Below are positions 55,471 through 64,000 of a DNA stretch of 64,000 bases, in pieces. Under the pieces are notes generated by a model. The model worked only from the letters and a program-made list of their open reading frames with translations, was not told the DNA's origin and ran no database searches. The DNA is from the human T2T-CHM13v2.0 reference genome, Homo sapiens: the NCBI RefSeq assembly GCF_009914755.1, contig NC_060937.1; one strand, given 5' to 3'. How positions within the stretch are numbered: the stretch's first letter is position 1; each line of letters begins with the position of its first letter. The position numbers and the translations under genes are program-made.

Positions 55471-58029
55471 ACTATTAAATGTGTGACAATTTGATGTCCA
55501 ATTTATAATAACTTAAAAAGTGAATGGTTTAAATAAAGTTTCTTCTCTTTCATTTTATAACCTGAGTCCTTTCTTAGTAATTATTATCTTCATACTGATG
55601 CTATAAATTTTGAAATAATGCCTATAGACAGGCATATATTTTTGGCAGTACTTGGAGAACATAAAAAGTTTACTTGCTTGCCGATAAAAATCTTGATGAT
55701 TTTACTTTTTAAAGAAGAGAAAGGTAAGCACTTAAGAATTTAAACTTTGCGGCATTGCTTTTTGACTCCATTTAGTTGTGATTGTAAGTAGGCAGAGTTT
55801 TTGTTTTGGAAAAAGAACTCAGCCGGCAGAGGCTGTGGCAAGGGAAGGGAGATGGGCTTGTTTAAAGACAGCAAGAATAGTCTCTTGTCATTCCTTATAA
55901 AATATTAGCTGTGAACTTCCAAGTTAGAAGTAAAGCTGTAGGGGTGGGGTGAGGAAACTGAGCCATCCAGAATTTAACTACCCCAGTATTTATTCTTAGT
56001 GGATAAGGCCACTGGGTTGGCATCCAGATGCTAGTGATCGTTTTTAGCTCATGATGCCAGAAAATGGTTCAATAATGAAAGTAATTTTGGCAAAGAGTGA
56101 TCTTAGCCACGTGTCTTATGAAATTTTTGATAGGGTACAATTTTAAATGACCAGGCAAATATATAGAAACCAAAATATGCTTTTTTCAGTATTCTCCATC
56201 TCTCTTGGCAGATGGTAGCCTTTGTGTTCTCTTAGCTTTCTCTCCTTAGTGTCTGTGCTGAGGAAGCAGGGTAAACCAGATGTCTGGTTGTAGCTGAGGC
56301 CCGTTTACATGTTGAACTTCTCCACAGCTATGCCTGTGGCCCTTACTGCCTACTGAGAGGAGTGCTTTAGTCAGAGACACACTCACCCAGCTTCCCCCAT
56401 TTTTTTTTTTTTTAGAATGGAATGGCCACAGCTGGTAATCAAGTGTTTAGCAGTGTTTAAGGCACTAGCACGTCTTGAGATAAGGGATAAAGTGTCACTT
56501 TTTAGACTTAAGCAAGGCATGAAGTTTGTCCTCCCATCCTCACTCCTGTCCTGCATTCATTTTGACTCTTTGGACAGGGCAGAGGCTCTTCAATCTTTTG
56601 TAGTCTCAGTTTTAAGTCAGCTTGGTTTCATTTTTTGTAAAGCAATACCTAGCATTCGATAAATTAACTTTAGAGGTGATATGGAGCGTATCTGGTAGAA
56701 ATATCATTTGTATAAAACTGTATAATCCTCATTGTGCAGAACTTGAAGAAAGGCATGAGTATAGCATATTAACAATAATCTTTGCAATAAAGAGCTTAGA
56801 ATGTGATCCTATTGTTGGAATTCGTACCCAATTCTTATGGTACATTGTCTGGTATGATGATACAGAACAGTGTAAGAATACTGCAGATTCAATCTCATTT
56901 TTGTACAGAGTGAGGCTTGGATTTTTTAAATAAAGAAATGTCCCTCAAAGGTGACAGAATTGTAGTAGCAAATACTTAGAATCATTTAGTTTTGTGTACT
57001 GTGTGAAACTAATGGATATTTTTATTATTTTATTTTATTAACTGTAGGAAAAACATTAAGTGGTGAGGGTGGCTAAAATGTTGAAATAATTGCCACCTCT
57101 CCCTGTTTACACTGTGAATATCTTTCTATTAAGGCCTCATTTGTTCATCTATTGCTTTGTGGTCTTCTCAAAAGAAAAGCTTCTGGCTAATGCACTTATA
57201 TTATTTGGAAGATTTCTATTTGCTCCAGAGGGTATTGGAGAGACTCTATTCCTTTTTCCAGCACTGAGCTGAAAGATAAATTATCTTTTGTAATGATAAT
57301 AATATTGTAAAAATTTTTATAGTACTACTAGAGAATGACAAAGAGGGTATTTATTAGCATTACAGCATCCCTGTGAAGTTTCCAGCAGCTGAGATTGTTC
57401 CTATTTTGTAATAAAACAAACTAGTTAAGTCACATTTATCTTTAATAGCAGACTAAACTCTAGTCTTAATTCTAAGTAGGTGCTCCCGCACTAAGTCTGC
57501 TGTTATAGTAAGAATATGCCCTTCTTTTCTTCCCCCACCTCTGCTGCCTTCTCAACTCTCTTCCCTGCCACAACCCTGCTCTCTCTCTCATCCCATCCAT
57601 CCGTTTTTTTCCTCCCAGTATGTGAAACGCCTACCAGCACATTCAGAGATGGCTTTGAATGCTGACTTAGATAATGGCGGACTTAGTAATTCTCGTTTCA
57701 TGTGCTCCTCCCCAGTGTCCCTGTTCTCATTGCTGTCCTATCATTGCACTTAGGAAAACTATTTTGGGGGGTCTGTGTGGACCCCTCTCCGCTCCCAGTT
57801 TCAGTAGGGTTGAATCCTTGAGGACAGAATTTAAAAAATATTTATGATACTTATTTACTTTTATGTACTTGGTTATATGCACACTGCCTTGGGCATAGAA
57901 GGCACTAGGTGGATTTTTAGTAAAGGAGTGGTATAGGGGATACAAGGAGGGAGAGAAGGAGGAAAGGAAGGAAGAAGGCAGAAAAGAAGAAAAATAGGGA
58001 AGAGGTAAGAAAGAGGTGGAAGAATGAAA

Positions 58030-58451
<422 letters not shown>

Positions 58452-59023
58452 TTACCTCAGATAACATCTATAGGATATCTAGTATAATTAATTCATTTCT
58501 TTCCAATTCTTCCCTTTGAAAAATTCTATCTTTCTAGAAGTCTTCCAAATTAATCCTGCCCAGCCCAGTATAGAAATTCAAGGCCTTGGCATATAGATAT
58601 ATAGGTTCTACTGCATTAAGCTGAATTTTAATGTTTCCTTGATGTCTTCCTTTTTGATCTTTTCACTTGGGCTATGTGGTATGCAGAGTCACCTTTTCCC
58701 ATCTCCTGATCAGTGACATACCACTGATAGCTTGAAATTGGCCATGGAAATTGACAAACATCCCCATCCCCATCAGTTGTTAAACACTTACCAGCACAGC
58801 ACTGCTTGTGTCCCTCCTGCCCTGCACTACAGGTGGCCCTTGGGCAAGGGCAGTGGGTGTCCTCTTAGCAAATATCCCCTTAGGACAATGCAGCAGTTAC
58901 AAATGGTGACAACGTTGATTTGCCTAAAAACAAAAATGAAAAACAAGTACATGGCAAAGGTAAAGCCAAGGAATTAAAGTAGATAAATATGATCACCCTT
59001 AGTCTTAGAAATAACTGCCTTTT

Positions 59024-59335
59024 GGCTGGGTGTGGTGGCACACGCCTGTAATCCTTGCACTTTGGGAGGCCGAGGTGGGCAGAGTCACTTGAGGTCAGGA
59101 GTTCGAGATCAGCCTGACTAACATGGTAAAACCCTGTCTCTACTAAAAATACAAAAATTAGCTGGGCGTGATAGTGGGCGCCTGTAATCCCAGCTACTAG
59201 GGAGCCTGAGGCAGGAGAATCGCTTGAACCCAGGGGCAGAGGTTGCAGTGAGCGGAGATCGCCCCACTGCACTCCAGCCTGGGCAACAAAGCAAGACTCT
59301 GTCTCAAAGAAAACAAAACAAAACAAAAACAAAAA
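59024..59335 (+). mobile_element. AluS with (CAAAA)n tail
   Basis: TSD aactgcctttt / aactgcatttt. Confidence 0.97.
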
Positions 59336-59879
59336 CTGCATTTTTAGATTAAATAATTTACAATATAGGTATATACTTTTAAAGCGTGTTGTAGACTTAT
59401 TAAATATGACTTAGCATTTATAATGTCCTGTAATGTTATTACTATATTATTAAATATTTCTGAAGATATATTTTTCCCTTTGATCCACTCATTCTTTGTG
59501 TAATCCATTTTTGTCTATCTTAATACTTTACATTTTCACAAAGGTTAACTCAAACATCTCTTCAAGCATATAAATGCCCACTTCTTTGACTCATCAATAT
59601 AAATTGTTAAAAAAACTCTTACATTTCAATTTATTTGTGGACAAGAACTTTATTGCTTCTCCTACAGAAAGATCAATGGAATATTTATTTTTTTTCTGGC
59701 TTCCAGGGCCTTTTCACCAGAGAAGGTAGTAGGCTGATTTACTGAAGAATCCTGAAAATTTATTGTCAGAAAAAAACACAAACAAACAAAACATAGAGAG
59801 ACATTAAGTTCACTGCCCTTCCTGTACTTTCATATGTATAGTTCTTTAGAGTTTACACAGAACTTACAACAGAACAGCA

Positions 59880-60050
59880 ACGATATGGCTTAGTAAGCAC
59901 TTACAGTGTGTGAAGAGCTTTACACATCTCATTCTCATTTCATTTTCACAACAACCTTATGAGGTATCTAGGCCAGGTACCACTATCTTCTCCATTTTAC
60001 AGATGAGGAAACTGAGGCTTAAGACTATAATGATTTGCTGAGTAATCTAG
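59880..60050 (-). mobile_element. MIR SINE
   Basis: ccattttacagatgaggaaactgaggct core. Confidence 0.85.
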
Positions 60051-60109
60051 TTTCTAAGCTTCCAAACGTAGTAGACATTTCCTTTGCTGCTGTACAGGAA
60101 AATGAGGTT

Positions 60110-60310
60110 AAGGTTCTTATCAAGTTCTGCTTCTTTGCAGTTGTGTGGCCTTGTGCAAGCCACTTAACCTATCTTTGCGTCATGTTTTGTACTCTAAGAT
60201 GGGGATAATAACCCTATCTTATAGGGTCATTGTGACTGTTAAATATAATAACGTGTGCAAAGCCCACTGCGTAGGAAGTGCTGAACACATGCTGCTTTCT
60301 ACTATGTTTC
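60110..60310 (+). mobile_element. MIR SINE
   Basis: gttgtgtggccttgtgcaagccacttaacct...gatggggataataa. Confidence 0.8.
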
Positions 60311-60369
60311 TTGTCATGGCAACTATTATAAGAAAGTTTCCAATAGCATCCTGCCTTGTCTCATTTTAG

Positions 60370-60690
<321 letters not shown>

Positions 60691-60764
60691 ATCTGTTGCA
60701 TTTTAAAAAATTGACTGAAAGAAGTTAGGTTGCTATCGTAACACAATTGTTTTACCTTTCACAT

Positions 60765-61241
60765 TGTGGGAACAGACCCTAAGGTGACCCCAGTGAGTCA
60801 TGCCCTGGTGTGATCCACTACCCTCGAGCAAGAGGCAGAGCTTGTGACTTGTTTCCAGCTGATATAAAACGGGAAAGGACAGAAGCACTGTCCCTCCTGT
60901 GGATATGATATACTGTATAAGACTTTGTCTTAGCAGTTGCTGGCCCTGGAGGCTGCCTCTAGGACAGTTCTGGGAGCTGAGGGTGGCCCCTACATGACAT
61001 CCAGCAACTAGACAGAGACCTCAGGAACTGCATGTTGCCAACAACCACATGAGTTTGGTTGAGGTCCCCCAGCTCAGAACAGAATGCACCTTGGTTGACA
61101 ACTTTTGAGACCCTGAGCACAGGACCCAGCTATGCTGGGCCCAGACTCCTGACTCATAGAAACTGCCAGATAATACATGTGTGTTGTTACAAGCCACTGA
61201 ATTTGTGGTAATTAGCTATGCAGCAGTAGATAACTAATATA
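60765..61241 (+). mobile_element. MLT1 (E/F-like) solo LTR
   Basis: 5-bp TSD CACAT (60760-60764 and 61242-61246); gagaccctgagcacaggacccagct...cagcagtagataactaata. Confidence 0.85.
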
Positions 61242-62264
61242 CACATCAAGTCAAGTTTCTGAATACTTCTCTGATTTTGACCAACCTTTGCCAATTAGTA
61301 TTACACATTAGGCTATGTTATTAATTTTTAATTAGAGCAAAATAAAATCTAGTTTTTAATTTTTTAAAAAGTGCTATTCATAGTTTTTAATCATGGCATG
61401 ATGAAATTACAGAGATAAAACAGACCCTTTTAGACTCAAAGAGACCTTAGAATTAGCCTAACCTTTTTATTTTATAGATGAGAAGATTTAATCACATATG
61501 ACGTGTCTGTAACAGGGTTTAGATTAATAGCAAGATTACTTACTGTTCACACCTCTTTATACAACATTGCATAGCCTCTATGCATTTTGGAATCTTTACT
61601 GAGATTTTTATATCATCATCCTGAAAGATGGCCTTAATTTATATAAATATTCTTTATATTGTTTATTTCTAGAAGTGAAGAAATGCGCAGAGTTACTTTG
61701 TACAAATATAAATAAAATATTTGAATGTTTGGCCTGTGCCAGAGGGCTGCCCATCATAGAATATCACTGACCATTGCCAGATCTGAGGTGGGGCTGGAGA
61801 TGTCCAAGGGTCTCCCATGTACACTGGCTGGTGCCATTGGTCATGCTGTCTCTCTTCTTACGGGCTTTCAACAGATGAGTTCTGACTTACAACTGAAAGA
61901 CATAAGTTTAATAAGTTTATTTGTGTATTTACTGTAGGATGCAATATTAGTTGTCACCAACTCATAATGCCTACATTATAAGTAAAAACTATACTCCTTG
62001 CTATTGAAGTCTTTTCCTCAGTGATCTGGTCTAATTTACTACGTCAGTCCTGGGACCCTCTGCTCCAGAACCCAAAGTTTTTTTTTCAGGGGAGATTGGT
62101 CTTATCATTTTCACTTCTAGGTTTTGTTCACACAACTCACTAAAAGTTTGAGTCCTGTTTTTCATTCAGAGAGGGAAGCTCAGGTCTTTCACCTTTTCAG
62201 TGGGAGCCACCTCTGCTTATCTCAGTATACTGGAAATGCTCCCTTCAATTCAGTAGTGCTGAAA

Positions 62265-62265
<1 letters not shown>

Positions 62266-62300
<35 letters not shown>

Positions 62301-62420
62301 ATATATGCAGACACACATATACACACAGACACAGACTCACATGCAGACACACACAGATACACACACATACACACAGACATACACAGACACACATATAGAC
62401 ACACACAGACACACAGATAC

Positions 62421-62451
<31 letters not shown>

Positions 62452-62455
62452 TACA
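62266..62455. repeat. Long compound (CA)n/(CAGA)/(CATA) microsatellite, about 190 bp
   Basis: Two pure CA blocks flanking an interrupted core. Confidence 0.97.
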
Positions 62456-63601
62456 AATTCTTGACTCCTGAATAGGCTGGGAATTCCTTCAGAGTAGGGA
62501 AGAGTGTCACATACCAATTTTTGTACCCCATAATATCTAGTAAAGTGTCCTGATAGGTATTAATTTGAGGTTTGTTAACTGATTAATGAATTAATTGGTT
62601 AGTGTGGATAAGGAAGTGGTAATGGATATAATTAGAGAGGTGATAACAGGAACTTATCACTGTTGATGGGCACTGGGGAGTTGGTAATGGCTGTAATTAG
62701 AGACCTTTGAACAGGAGCATATCAGAAGAGGGATATTGATGGGAAGATGAAGCCACAGGAGAGGAGTGACAAGAGAGAAGGTATTGGGACTGAAGGGCTG
62801 AAGGAATATCCCACCAGTGGCGCAGGGCTTTGTGGTTTGGGAATTTGTCTCCGACAAACCTAAGAGTAGTAAAATACATGGTGGTTTGCACAAAATTTGT
62901 TTCTTTCCTCACGTCTTAGTCGCTTTAACATCCTTCAGTTATACTCCATCAAGATTTCCGGGCGTTTTCTTTTCCTCCCCTGAAGAGTATTCTACCTCCT
63001 GGTTTCCAGACTCAGAGTGTTAATTTTTAATATAAGGGAGATAGAAATGGACAGTATAAACAGCTACAATCTAAAAATCTTCATTTTAAGCATACTTATC
63101 AAGAATGAAAACAGGAAAATTTGAATATGAAACTATCACTAATTTAAAATACGTTGATTATTCAATGTTTATTTTCAGCTGCATAGGGAAGACATCAAAG
63201 TAATTAAAATGATGTGGAGACTGGGAGGGTGCAGAAGGAGGCTGGACCTTCCTTCTATTGGGAGTCTTAACAGAAGAGTTTCCTTGCCTTTTGTACCTTA
63301 CTGCTTTTCCCCCCTAATTGAAAAGACCAATCTTTGTTACTATTGAACATCATTCTATTTTTAACTCTGACTCATAGGGGACATTTGAAACTGTGTCCAG
63401 CCCTCTACACCCTTCAAGTTGATGTCAATACAAACTTAATACACATTTATTTGTTTTCTCATCATCCAAGACACCATTCAAAATGTCAGCTGTGTCAGGT
63501 CCTGAAATGGACCTTAGCAGACAGATAACTGTCTCAGAGTTATGCCCATCTGTCTTGCCTCTATAGGCAGACAGCATCTGAATGTGCCCCAATCTTGGTA
63601 G

Positions 63602-63985
<384 letters not shown>

Positions 63986-64000
63986 AGGATTGTTATTTAT

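Noticed and set aside
62124-62531. TH/CV-repeat ORFs
   Set aside because: Produced by the (CA)n compound microsatellite.

Overview
Primate (human-like) non-coding genomic DNA: AT-rich, CpG-depleted, with no CpG island and no recognisable protein-coding gene. Roughly half is interspersed repeats: about 20 Alu copies (J, S and Y types, many with visible target-site duplications), old L1M fragments, L2, MIR, MaLR LTRs (MLT1 and four THE1), one ERV1-type solo LTR, a near full-length Tigger1 and several MER DNA transposons, often nested. Most ORFs in the track come from repeats or are chance ORFs. Repeat family and subfamily names come from my recollection of consensus sequences, not from a search. 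I see no convincing new biological system. Three signals are worth follow-up. (1) A series of templated-insertion or snap-back scars, including a 44/44-nt copy placed 2.8 kb from its source, a 58/61-nt copy 2.2 kb from its source, and an inverted Tigger1 fragment flanked by a 15-bp duplication. (2) A chain of phase-compatible + strand exon-like segments at 29.7-30.9 kb (plus 44.7 kb), just downstream of a THE1 LTR that retains TATA, DUX4 and splice-donor motifs. (3) Compact transcription-factor motif clusters in unique DNA at about 48.25-48.45 kb and 39.8-40.13 kb.
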